A stretch of 64,000 nucleotides of DNA, from the NCBI GenBank assembly GCA_964416505.1, contig CAYQEJ010000001.1, positions 1,692-65,691 of the forward strand, given 5' to 3'. Positions within the stretch are counted from its first letter, which is position 1; each line of letters starts with the position of its first letter. The notes beneath the pieces were generated by a model. That model was given only the letters and a program-made list of their open reading frames with translations, was not told the DNA's origin and made no database searches. Origin of the DNA: an uncultured Gammaproteobacteria bacterium (GTDB lineage Bacteria > Patescibacteriota > Microgenomatia > Levybacterales > UBA12049). Below are positions 55,698-64,000 of the stretch, one piece after another. Both the position numbers and the translations under genes were made by a program.

Positions 55698-56837
55698 ATG
55701 TCCATGAAAAAAGTAATTTTTATACTTCTTTTTATTATTTTTAATTTTCTATTCATAAATAGAACAAAAGCTTCTTATGATCCCCTGTCTGTTCCGAATA
55801 ATAAAGTTGGGGTTCATATACTTTTTCCTGCAGAAATTGAAGATGCAAGCAGATTGGTAAATTCAAATGATGGAGATTGGGGATATGTTACTATTCCGAT
55901 CCAAGCTGGAGATAGAGACATTAAGAAATGGCAGGAATTTATGGATAAATGTAAAAAACTCCATATAAATCCACTCATCAGGCTTGCAACTCAAGGAGAT
56001 TATTTTAATAAGGCTTCCTGGCAGAAACCAACAGAAGAAGATATTGTTGATTTTTCGAATTTTCTAAATTCCCTAGAATGGCCTACAAAAAACAGGTACG
56101 TTATTGTATATAACGAGGTAAATCGATCAGATGAATGGGCTGGTGAAGCAAACCCTTCTGAATATGCTGAAATTCTTTCTTATGCAGTTACTGTTTTTAA
56201 ATCAAAAAACCAGGATTTTTTTATAATTTCCGGAGGCATGGATAATGCTTCAATCACTTCAAATGGCACCTACAATCAGTTTGATTTCTTTAGACTGATG
56301 AATCAAGCAGTACCAGGAATTTTTAATCAAATTGATGGGTATTCTTCTCATTCATATCCAAATCCAGCTTTCTCTTCCCCACCCGATGCAAATACGCCAA
56401 GAAGTATTTCAAGTTTTAAATATGAATTAGATGAAATATCCAGATTCTCAAATAAAAATCTTCCAGTTTTTATTACCGAAACAGGATGGAGTCAGGAAGA
56501 AATATCTAAAGTAGTCGTAGGAAATTATTTCAAAGAAGCATTTGAAAATGTTTGGAACGACTCACGAATCGTAGCTGTTACTCCATTTATTCTTACAGCT
56601 GGTCCTGGTTCATTTGAAAAGTTTTCTTTGACTAATGGAGGTAGTGAAAAAAATGAGGTTTATAAAGCCATCGAATCTATATCGAAAACAAATGGTTCCC
56701 CTAAGATAAATCCAATAAAAAAAGTATTGGGTGAAAAAGAAGAAGAAAAATTGCCAATTAAAGACTTTTCAAATAAAAAAAACAGAACCGATAAGGGCAC
56801 GAAAGCACTTATAAAATTATTATTCCTTGGTTTTTAG
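55698..56837 (+). CDS. secreted clan GH-A (TIM-barrel) glycoside hydrolase-like protein
   Basis: Signal peptide. 'VIVYNEVN' (acid/base Glu in NEx) and 'FITETGW' (nucleophile Glu). Confidence 0.5.
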   Translation: MSMKKVIFILLFIIFNFLFINRTKASYDPLSVPNNKVGVHILFPAEIEDASRLVNSNDGDWGYVTIPIQAGDRDIKKWQEFMDKCKKLHINPLIRLATQGDYFNKASWQKPTEEDIVDFSNFLNSLEWPTKNRYVIVYNEVNRSDEWAGEANPSEYAEILSYAVTVFKSKNQDFFIISGGMDNASITSNGTYNQFDFFRLMNQAVPGIFNQIDGYSSHSYPNPAFSSPPDANTPRSISSFKYELDEISRFSNKNLPVFITETGWSQEEISKVVVGNYFKEAFENVWNDSRIVAVTPFILTAGPGSFEKFSLTNGGSEKNEVYKAIESISKTNGSPKINPIKKVLGEKEEEKLPIKDFSNKKNRTDKGTKALIKLLFLGF

Positions 56838-56859
56838 TGTGTTATAATCTTCGAATCTG

Positions 56860-57381
56860 ATGGAAGCAGAAAACATAGATAATTTAAAATTTGAAAGCAT
56901 AACATTTGGTACATTATCAGCCTCTGAAGTTCTTACACAAATTAAAGATTTTTTAGAAGAAAAGCCAAATATGGAATACAGCCTCGTCATTGGAACAGAT
57001 TCTCATGAAGTTGAAGGATCAGATCTTAAAAACAGAAAAATTAAATTGATCACAGCTGTTTTGGTTCACAGAAAGGGATTTGGTGGAAGATATTTCTGGG
57101 TAAGAAGGCATGCTTCACAAATCCATTCCTTAAGAGAGAAAATTTATGCTGAAACATTGGTTTCATTAGATTTTGCGGCTTCTTTTGTGCCACTTCTTAA
57201 AAAAATCCTTGACGGAAACTCACTCAACTATAATTTAGAAATTCACATTGATGTCGGAGAGCATGGCGAAACTCGCGACATGATAAAAGAAGTAGTAGGA
57301 ATGGTCACGGGAAGTGGATATGTGGCAAAGACAAAACCATATGCATATGGAGCCAGTTATGTAGCTGATAAACACACATGA
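56860..57381 (+). CDS. YkuK/DUF458-family RNase H-like fold protein
   Basis: 'YSLVIGTDSHE' core. Confidence 0.4.
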   Translation: MEAENIDNLKFESITFGTLSASEVLTQIKDFLEEKPNMEYSLVIGTDSHEVEGSDLKNRKIKLITAVLVHRKGFGGRYFWVRRHASQIHSLREKIYAETLVSLDFAASFVPLLKKILDGNSLNYNLEIHIDVGEHGETRDMIKEVVGMVTGSGYVAKTKPYAYGASYVADKHT

Positions 57382-57785
57382 GAAGAAAAAAATCAGTAAA
57401 ACTTGAATGGGAAGAAGCATCAGATGTAAGATCTGAACTAGAAAATATTGTCAAAACATTAGATTTTGACCACATACTTCTTGATCGTGTTTTTTGCTAC
57501 AGAACAGAAGGAAGTAGCGCAAGAGCTTATGCTAGAACATGGATGATGCCCAAAATATTCCAGCATGCATTAGGAATCCAACCTGCATATGTTATAGAAG
57601 TTCTTTCGAAATATTATGACAAGCTAAATGACGATGAAAAATCTAAAGTTTTAATTCATGAACTCTTGCATATACCAAAAAATTTTTCAGGTGCTCTACT
57701 CTCTCATCGAGGAGTTGGAAGGCATATTGGACACGATTCAAACGATTTATTTAAAAAGTACAAAAAATTAAAAAAATCATGGTAA
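57378..57785 (+). CDS. putative SprT-like zinc metallopeptidase
   Basis: 'VLIHELLHI' HExxH. Small (135 aa). Confidence 0.45.
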   Translation: MRRKKSVKLEWEEASDVRSELENIVKTLDFDHILLDRVFCYRTEGSSARAYARTWMMPKIFQHALGIQPAYVIEVLSKYYDKLNDDEKSKVLIHELLHIPKNFSGALLSHRGVGRHIGHDSNDLFKKYKKLKKSW

Positions 57786-58447
57786 CTCTTATTCACGGAA
57801 ATGATACTTTAACTTCACGAAAGTTTTTTCAAGATCAAAAAGACAAAGACAGCCTTTCCTTTGATGCGGAAAACATAAATCTTGTTGAATTTGCTCAATC
57901 TCTTTCAGGATCATCTTTATTTGGTGAATCAAAAAAGGTTTTTATTGAAAATTGGTTTTCAAGGAAAGCAAAAAATTTAAAAGAAATTTCTGAAATTATA
58001 AATAACTCAGATAACGAGATTTTTTTATGGGCAGAAAAAGAGGTTGGAGTTAAAACTTTAGATTTAAAAAAAATTGAAAATAAAAATTTTAAAATCCCTC
58101 AAAATATTTGGAATTTTTTAGATTCAATTAGGCCAAATAATAAAAATAATGTACTTAATTTTCATAAAACTCTACCTGAATCGGATCCAGAAATTATCTT
58201 CGCAATGATTGTTCGTCAATTTAGATTGATGCTTGGAATAATAGAAGCATCTCAAGAGGCTATTGATGAAATTAAAAGAATTGCTCCATGGCAAAAAACA
58301 AAATTAACTAAACAAGCAAATTTATTTGGAATAGAAAATTTAAAGAAAATCTATAAAAAACTTTATAAAATCGATAAGAACATAAAAACTGGAAAAGGAA
58401 ATTTAAATCTCATCCAAAATATTGACATTCTTCTCCTTGAAATATAA
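57779..58447 (+). CDS. holA: DNA polymerase III delta subunit-like (short)
   Basis: N-terminal 'LIHGNDTL...' and 'SLFGESKKVFIEN' resemble the HolA N-domain. Confidence 0.45.
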   Translation: MVTLIHGNDTLTSRKFFQDQKDKDSLSFDAENINLVEFAQSLSGSSLFGESKKVFIENWFSRKAKNLKEISEIINNSDNEIFLWAEKEVGVKTLDLKKIENKNFKIPQNIWNFLDSIRPNNKNNVLNFHKTLPESDPEIIFAMIVRQFRLMLGIIEASQEAIDEIKRIAPWQKTKLTKQANLFGIENLKKIYKKLYKIDKNIKTGKGNLNLIQNIDILLLEI

Positions 58448-58458
58448 GATTACTGAGT

Positions 58459-59856
58459 ATGAATATCGATCCTGCAATTTTTAAATCTTACGATATTAGA
58501 GGAAGATACCCTGAAAAAATAAATGAAGATATAGCCTCAGAAATTGCAAAAGCTATACATGCTTTTTTTGCAAAAAAACTTGGAAAAGAAGATTTCACAA
58601 TTGCACTTTCAAGAGACATGAGACTCTCCTCCCCTGCTCTATTTGAATCCATAAAAGATGTTTTGGTTAATCGAGGTGCAAATGTAATTGATTTAGGTAT
58701 GTGCTCTACTCCTACCTTCTACTTTGCTGTTTCTTATTATAAATATGACGCCGGAATTCAAATTACTGCCTCACATAATCCTAAAGATGATAATGGAATA
58801 AAATTTGTGATGAATACTCCACAAGGACTTCTAAAAATAGGCAAACCCACAGGAATGGAAGAAGTTAGAGATATGACAATTTCTGGAGTAGCAGATAATA
58901 ACGCTCCAAAAGGAACTGTTTCCCAAAAAACAGGAATACTTGAAGATGAGGTAAAAAATGCACTTAACTTATTCGGCAACCCAGAAATCAAGAAATTTAA
59001 GATTGCCGCTGATACTGCGAATGCTATGGGTGCATTATACATAGAAGCTTTAGCAAAAGTACTTCCTATTGAGCTTGTAAAAATGAACTTTGAGCTAGAT
59101 GGAAGCTTCCCTGTCCATCAGGCTGATCCGATGCAGCCGGAAAATTTAGTAGACATTCAGAAAAAAGTTGTAGAAGTTGGTGCTGATTTAGGTCTTGCAC
59201 CAGATGGAGATGGAGACAGGCTTTTTATAATTAACGAAAAAGGAGAAGTTGTTCCACCACCACAGATAGTTGGAATGCTATCTAAAGAATTATTAAAAGA
59301 TTCCCCTGGATCAAAAATAGTAGTTGATCAAAAATATTTTCTCACAGCTAAAAAAATAGTTGAAGAATGTGGTGGTGAATTGGTCCTTTCAAAAACAGGA
59401 CATGCATACATTACAGAAACTATGACCAAAACGGGAGCAATTTTTGGTGGCGAAGCTTCAGCTCACTATTACTACAAAGCTACAGGAAATGCTGAATCAC
59501 AAGTTATGACAATAGTTGGTGTGCTTAAAGTGCTTACTGAGGAAGATAAACCTATTTCAGAAGTGGCTGAAGAATTCAGAAGGAGCTATGAATCCGGAGA
59601 ATTTAATTATGAAGTATCTAATACACCTGAAATCATGACTCATTTGAGAGAAGTTTACTCAGAAGGGCAACTTTCTGAATTGGATGGAATCGCTATTAAT
59701 TTTCCAGATTGGAGATTTAGCGCAAGATCATCAAATACAGAACCTCTCTTAAGGATAAATGTGGAAGGAACTACTCGAGAAAAAGTAGATGAAGAGACTA
59801 GAAAAATTAAAGAAGAAATTGAATCTGTTGCTCATATAGAAAATTCCTCTCATTAA
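58459..59856 (+). CDS. phosphoglucomutase/phosphomannomutase
   Basis: Active-site 'TASHNPKDDNGIK', metal loop 'APDGDGDR', sugar-binding 'GGEASAH'. Confidence 0.85.
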   Translation: MNIDPAIFKSYDIRGRYPEKINEDIASEIAKAIHAFFAKKLGKEDFTIALSRDMRLSSPALFESIKDVLVNRGANVIDLGMCSTPTFYFAVSYYKYDAGIQITASHNPKDDNGIKFVMNTPQGLLKIGKPTGMEEVRDMTISGVADNNAPKGTVSQKTGILEDEVKNALNLFGNPEIKKFKIAADTANAMGALYIEALAKVLPIELVKMNFELDGSFPVHQADPMQPENLVDIQKKVVEVGADLGLAPDGDGDRLFIINEKGEVVPPPQIVGMLSKELLKDSPGSKIVVDQKYFLTAKKIVEECGGELVLSKTGHAYITETMTKTGAIFGGEASAHYYYKATGNAESQVMTIVGVLKVLTEEDKPISEVAEEFRRSYESGEFNYEVSNTPEIMTHLREVYSEGQLSELDGIAINFPDWRFSARSSNTEPLLRINVEGTTREKVDEETRKIKEEIESVAHIENSSH

Positions 59857-59857
59857 A

Positions 59858-60601
59858 ATGGCAAGCTTGTTTGATATTGCATTCAAGGCCTCGCAAAATG
59901 GAGCATTAGAAGCATTAAAATATTTTGATACTTCACTTGAGATTAGTTATAAAAGCGACAATACTCCTGTAACAATTGCAGATAAAAACACCGAGAAAAT
60001 TATTAGAGACACAATTCTCTCATTTGATAAAAATGCTAAATTCGTAGGAGAAGAAGGCGGAGGGGATTTAAAAGAAAAAAACTTTTGGATAATAGATCCG
60101 ATTGATGGAACAAGGAGTTTCTCAAGAGGAATTCCTTTATGGAGAATTTTAATTGGATATATAGAAGATGGCAAACCAAAATTTGGACTTAGTTATGATC
60201 CAGTTTCGAAAAATTTACTTTGGGGAGAAAAGGGAAAAGGAGCATTTTTCAATGAAAAAAAATGCAAAGTATCGAATGTTTCTGATCTTTCAAAAGCATA
60301 TCTTTATTACGGAAATCCAAAATATTTTCCAAAATTTGAAAATTTGATAGAACTTATCAAATCTGTCCAAACAGCAAGAAGCACAGACATAGGAAACCAA
60401 TTACTAGCAACGGGTAAAATTGACGTGTTAATAGATCCTTATGGAAGATCTTGGGACATTGCTCCATATAAAGTAATCATTGAAGAATCAGGAGGAATGA
60501 TTACAAATAGAAATGGTGGGGAATGGAAATTTGATGATGTAGGGTGTGTTGCGAGCAATGGACTTTTTCATAAAGATGTGATAAAAATATTGAATAAATG
60601 A
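59858..60601 (+). CDS. inositol monophosphatase-family (SuhB/CysQ-like) phosphatase
   Basis: 'GEEGG' and 'WIIDPIDGT' motifs. Confidence 0.8.
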   Translation: MASLFDIAFKASQNGALEALKYFDTSLEISYKSDNTPVTIADKNTEKIIRDTILSFDKNAKFVGEEGGGDLKEKNFWIIDPIDGTRSFSRGIPLWRILIGYIEDGKPKFGLSYDPVSKNLLWGEKGKGAFFNEKKCKVSNVSDLSKAYLYYGNPKYFPKFENLIELIKSVQTARSTDIGNQLLATGKIDVLIDPYGRSWDIAPYKVIIEESGGMITNRNGGEWKFDDVGCVASNGLFHKDVIKILNK

Positions 60602-61608
60602 ATCCGAAAGATCCCTCAAATTTCAGGCAATTTATACTAGACACTCCTAATCAATTTAAAGTAGGATTTGAATTAGCAAAAAACGCAAAAGTAGAAGGAG
60701 AATTCGATTCCCTAACAGTTTCTGGAATGGGAGGCTCTGCTCTTCCCGTAAATCTTCTTCAATCTTATATAAATTCAATATCAGAAAATCCAATAAATAT
60801 TTTTATAAATAGAACTTACAATTTGCCTCCTCAGGCAAAGCAACCTGGATCATTAAATTTTGTTTCATCTTATTCTGGAACTACAGAAGAAACAATTTCA
60901 TCACTTGAAGAAATTCACTCTTTGGGAAAACCCTTTGTAGGATTTTCCAGTGCAGGAAATATTGAAGAATTGTGCGGTAAATATGGTATGCCACATGTAA
61001 AACTACCTATCCCCTATCCAAATTATCAACCAAGAATGGGAACAGGATACTTTTTCGCTTCCATGCTTAAAACTCTAATTAATCATAATATGGTGGAAGA
61101 TAAAACAGAAGATTTGTTAAAAGATGCACAAAGTTTTAATGAATTAATGCAAGGCTATGAAACAAAAGGTAAGGAGCTTGCTTCAAAGATCAAAGGAAAA
61201 ACACCTATTATTTACAGTTCTTCAAATCTCTCACCAGTAGCAATGGTTTGGAAAATTAAAATAAATGAAAATTCAAAAACTCCAGCATATTGGAATTATT
61301 TTCCTGAACTAAATCATAATGAAATGGTAGGCTATACTAATCCCCAGGCAAAATTTATTATAGTTATGCTTAGGGATCCAAAGGATCATCCAAGAAATCT
61401 AAAAAGATATGAGGTAACAGCAAAACTTTTGGAAAGCAAAGGAATAGAATCAGAGATTATTGATATTGATGGAGAAAGCACCTTCTCTAAAATGTTTTCA
61501 AGCATAACTCTTGCTGATTGGACATCATATTATTTAGCTTTAGAATACGACCAAGACCCTACTCCAGTTCATATGGTTGAGGAACTCAAGAAAATACTTG
61601 TTTCTTAA
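60598..61608 (+). CDS. bifunctional phosphoglucose/phosphomannose isomerase (SIS domain, archaeal-type)
   Basis: 'VSGMGGSALP'. Operonic with the PGM/PMM and IMPase genes. Confidence 0.65.
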   Translation: MNPKDPSNFRQFILDTPNQFKVGFELAKNAKVEGEFDSLTVSGMGGSALPVNLLQSYINSISENPINIFINRTYNLPPQAKQPGSLNFVSSYSGTTEETISSLEEIHSLGKPFVGFSSAGNIEELCGKYGMPHVKLPIPYPNYQPRMGTGYFFASMLKTLINHNMVEDKTEDLLKDAQSFNELMQGYETKGKELASKIKGKTPIIYSSSNLSPVAMVWKIKINENSKTPAYWNYFPELNHNEMVGYTNPQAKFIIVMLRDPKDHPRNLKRYEVTAKLLESKGIESEIIDIDGESTFSKMFSSITLADWTSYYLALEYDQDPTPVHMVEELKKILVS

Positions 61609-61677
61609 CTCTTTTTTATCTCTTACGTCAAGCATATTCTAGCTTTATATTTCTCCTTTAGAATAAATAAAAAGGAG

Positions 61678-61902
61678 GTGATTAAATTGGCTAGGGTTAT
61701 TGAAGATACAGGAGACACTCACATAATTCACGAACACACTGATGGAAGCGGATCCAACAGTCTTATGCTTATATTAGGACTTGTATTGTTGGCGATATTT
61801 GTCTTCATATTTTTCTATTATGGACTACCAGCGCTTAAAAGCACTATGAGTCCTCAGATAAATGTTCCAGGACAAGTTGACGTGAACGTAAACAGGAAGT
61901 AA
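61678..61902 (+). CDS. small membrane protein
   Basis: 74 aa, single TM. SD AAGGAGGTG. Confidence 0.35.
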   Translation: MIKLARVIEDTGDTHIIHEHTDGSGSNSLMLILGLVLLAIFVFIFFYYGLPALKSTMSPQINVPGQVDVNVNRK

Positions 61903-61942
61903 AGACTTGTAAAAAAACTTCCTAGGACCGATAATACAAATA

Positions 61943-64000
61943 ATGCCTGCGCGAAGTGTAGTTTGGTTTAAAGAAGTCGATAAGGAAGATATTCCTCTTG
62001 TTGGCGGAAAAGGAGCAAATCTTGGAGAAATGACCAGGGCGGGGTTTCCTGTACCTAATGGTTTTATAGTTACTGCTCATGCTTTCTTCGAATTCATAAA
62101 AGAAAATAATCTCGAGAAAAAAATAAAAAATATCCTCAATACGGTCAATTTTGATAATTCACACTCTTTGAAACAAGTTTCAGAACACATAAAGCGTGAA
62201 ATTATGTCTTCTAAGATGTCTGATGAGCTGATTAAAGAAATCTATCTATCCTATAAAGCGCTAGGCACAGTATCGGAGGACGCTTTAGTGGCTGTACGTT
62301 CTTCAGCAACGGCTGAAGATTTACCCAATGCCTCTTTCGCCGGACAACAAGAAACTTTTCTAAATGTTAGAGGCGAATCCAACCTTATTCTAAAAATTAA
62401 GGAGTGCTGGGCTTCTCTTTACGAAGAAAGAGCTATTTTTTACAGGCATGAAAACAAATTTGATGCTGTTAAAGTTGGTATCGCAGTTCCAGTTCAAAAA
62501 ATGGTTGAATCTGAAAAATCAGGAGTGATGTTTACAATCGACCCTGTTTCAAATGATAAAAATAAAATCGTAATTGAAGCAGTTTTCGGACTTGGGGAAA
62601 TGATTGTTCAGGGAATGGTTAAGCCGGATCATTATGAAGTTTCTAAATCTGACGATAAAATAATTTTGAAAGAAATTTCTTCACAAGCAAAAATGCTTAA
62701 AAAACATGGAGATGGAAATAAAGAAGTCAGAGTCCCCTTTTTAAAAAGAAAAAAACAAAAGATTACAGATAAGCAAATATTGGAGCTTTATAAGCTAGGA
62801 AGAAAACTTGAAAAACATTATTATTTTCCTCAAGATGTTGAGTGGGCAGTCTCAGGAGATGATGTCTATTTAGTTCAAACCCGTCCAATTACGACAATTA
62901 AAGAAGTTAAAACTTCTGACTCCAAACAAAACGTTAGAGTAGACTTCGGAGAGCTATTGGTAAAAGGCGATGGAGCGAGTCCGGGTATAATAACAGGCCC
63001 AGTAAAAATCATAAAAAGTGCGTCTCAAATCGGAGATGTAAAACCTGGAGATATTTTAGTTGCACCTCAAACTAACCCTGATTATGTTCCAGCTATGAAG
63101 AAAGCAAATGCAATAGTAACTGATTTAGGCGGAAGAACTTCGCATGCAGCTATTGTATCTAGAGAGATAGGAATTCCAGCTGTGGTGGGAACTGAAAAAG
63201 CTACAAAAGTTCTAAAAAATGGTCTAGTAGTTACAGTAAATGGTGCCACAGGAGAAATATTTAAAGGAGGAGACGTTTCTTTAAACGTTAAAGATGAAGC
63301 TTTCTCCGAAGATGAATCTATAAAAACAGCTACCAAAGTATATATGAATCTAGCGGAGCCGGATTTAGCAGCAAAACAGTCTCAAAGAAAAGCGGATGGA
63401 GTAGGACTACTTAGAGCTGAATTCATGATGGCTGGCATTGGAACTCATCCAAAAAAAATGATTAGAGATGGAAAGAAAAATGTATTCATAAAACAGTTAG
63501 CAGATAATCTTGAGGAATTCTGTAAATCATTTAACCCACGTCCAGTTGTATACAGAGCTTCAGATTTCAAAACAAATGAATACCGAAATTTAGTAGGAGG
63601 AAAAGAGTTTGAGCCTGTTGAGCCAAATCCAATGCTAGGTTACAGAGGTGCATTTAGATATATTCATGATTCTCAAGTTTTCAGGCTTGAATTAGAAGCT
63701 ATAAAACATGTGAGAGATATTAGAGGTTACAAAAATTTATGGCTAATGATTCCTTTTGTAAGAACTGTAAAGGAACTTCAAGATGTGAAAAAACTGATAG
63801 CCGAATCTGGTTTATCCCGCTCCCCTAGTTTCAAGCTTTGGATGATGGTCGAAATTCCAAGCAACGTAATTCTACTCGATAAATTCATTGAAACAGGAAT
63901 TGATGGAGTTTCTATTGGGACAAATGATTTAACCATGCTTATTCTAGGTACAGATCGAGACAATAATGAAGTTGCACATGAATATGATGAAAGAAATGAT
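61943..64000 (+). CDS. ppsA: phosphoenolpyruvate synthase / pyruvate,water dikinase (3'-partial, runs off the window end)
   Basis: N-terminal 'VVWFKEVDKEDIPLVGGKGANLGEMTRAGFPVPNGF' (PPDK_N), mobile His domain 'GGRTSHAAIVSREIGIPAVVG', open frame to base 64000. Confidence 0.8.
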   Translation, partial: MPARSVVWFKEVDKEDIPLVGGKGANLGEMTRAGFPVPNGFIVTAHAFFEFIKENNLEKKIKNILNTVNFDNSHSLKQVSEHIKREIMSSKMSDELIKEIYLSYKALGTVSEDALVAVRSSATAEDLPNASFAGQQETFLNVRGESNLILKIKECWASLYEERAIFYRHENKFDAVKVGIAVPVQKMVESEKSGVMFTIDPVSNDKNKIVIEAVFGLGEMIVQGMVKPDHYEVSKSDDKIILKEISSQAKMLKKHGDGNKEVRVPFLKRKKQKITDKQILELYKLGRKLEKHYYFPQDVEWAVSGDDVYLVQTRPITTIKEVKTSDSKQNVRVDFGELLVKGDGASPGIITGPVKIIKSASQIGDVKPGDILVAPQTNPDYVPAMKKANAIVTDLGGRTSHAAIVSREIGIPAVVGTEKATKVLKNGLVVTVNGATGEIFKGGDVSLNVKDEAFSEDESIKTATKVYMNLAEPDLAAKQSQRKADGVGLLRAEFMMAGIGTHPKKMIRDGKKNVFIKQLADNLEEFCKSFNPRPVVYRASDFKTNEYRNLVGGKEFEPVEPNPMLGYRGAFRYIHDSQVFRLELEAIKHVRDIRGYKNLWLMIPFVRTVKELQDVKKLIAESGLSRSPSFKLWMMVEIPSNVILLDKFIETGIDGVSIGTNDLTMLILGTDRDNNEVAHEYDERND

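Noticed and set aside
1-64000. Alternative genetic code (UGA=Gly code 25, or code 4), as in some CPR lineages.
   Set aside because: Long ORFs are uninterrupted with standard stops and genes abut cleanly. Nothing needs stop-codon read-through.

Overview
The window looks like a strongly AT-rich, small-genome monoderm-type bacterium using the standard code. Several long ORFs are intact under the standard code (UvrA 957 aa, 724 aa, 609 aa), so a reassigned stop codon is unlikely. The mix of many leaderless starts, sortase/LPXTG, DUF2079 and a short UvrC is reminiscent of Patescibacteria/CPR-like lineages; I cannot prove that from sequence alone.

The AT-rich backbone carries housekeeping genes: uvrA and a short uvrC; dinB; rnhB; secG; an OmpR-type two-component pair; a sugar-phosphate operon (phosphoglucomutase, inositol monophosphatase-family, SIS isomerase); a partial ppsA at the 3' edge; envelope genes (MprF-like flippase domain, two DUF2079 paralogs, CNNM/CBS, GlsB/YeaQ, transglutaminase-like, CAP domain, NAGPA-like, RlpA-like); and four tRNAs.

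Interspersed through this backbone are about 20 genes of visibly higher GC and a different amino-acid usage, mostly without recognisable families. A few have recognisable motifs: two HExxH proteins (one with a Tat signal), a kinase-like protein, a NodB deacetylase, an SDR fusion, an ATP-grasp protein and a Tat-like lipoprotein. These genes sit in three kinds of context:
- inside cassettes bounded by a 29-bp perfect GC-rich palindrome (six copies, three pairs);
- in two tRNA-linked islands, one with a GIY-YIG gene between two tRNAs;
- in an ~0.85-kb insertion flanked by a 43-bp duplication of the sortase gene's 3' coding end, which looks like an att-type integration with no integrase inside.

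At least five of the GC-richer genes share a conserved TCCTATAG-TTGAYW...N17...TAnAAT promoter module placed for leaderless translation.

A second notable locus (32.4-39.8 kb) encodes a sortase, an LPXTG substrate and three more paralogs of an unfamiliar Asn/Thr/Gly-rich modular repeat surface-protein family. Two of these have long leaders sharing a 15-mer plus an internal intrinsic terminator, which looks like an attenuator.

All calls are from reading the sequence and translations. No database search was possible; the claims that need one are flagged in the findings.
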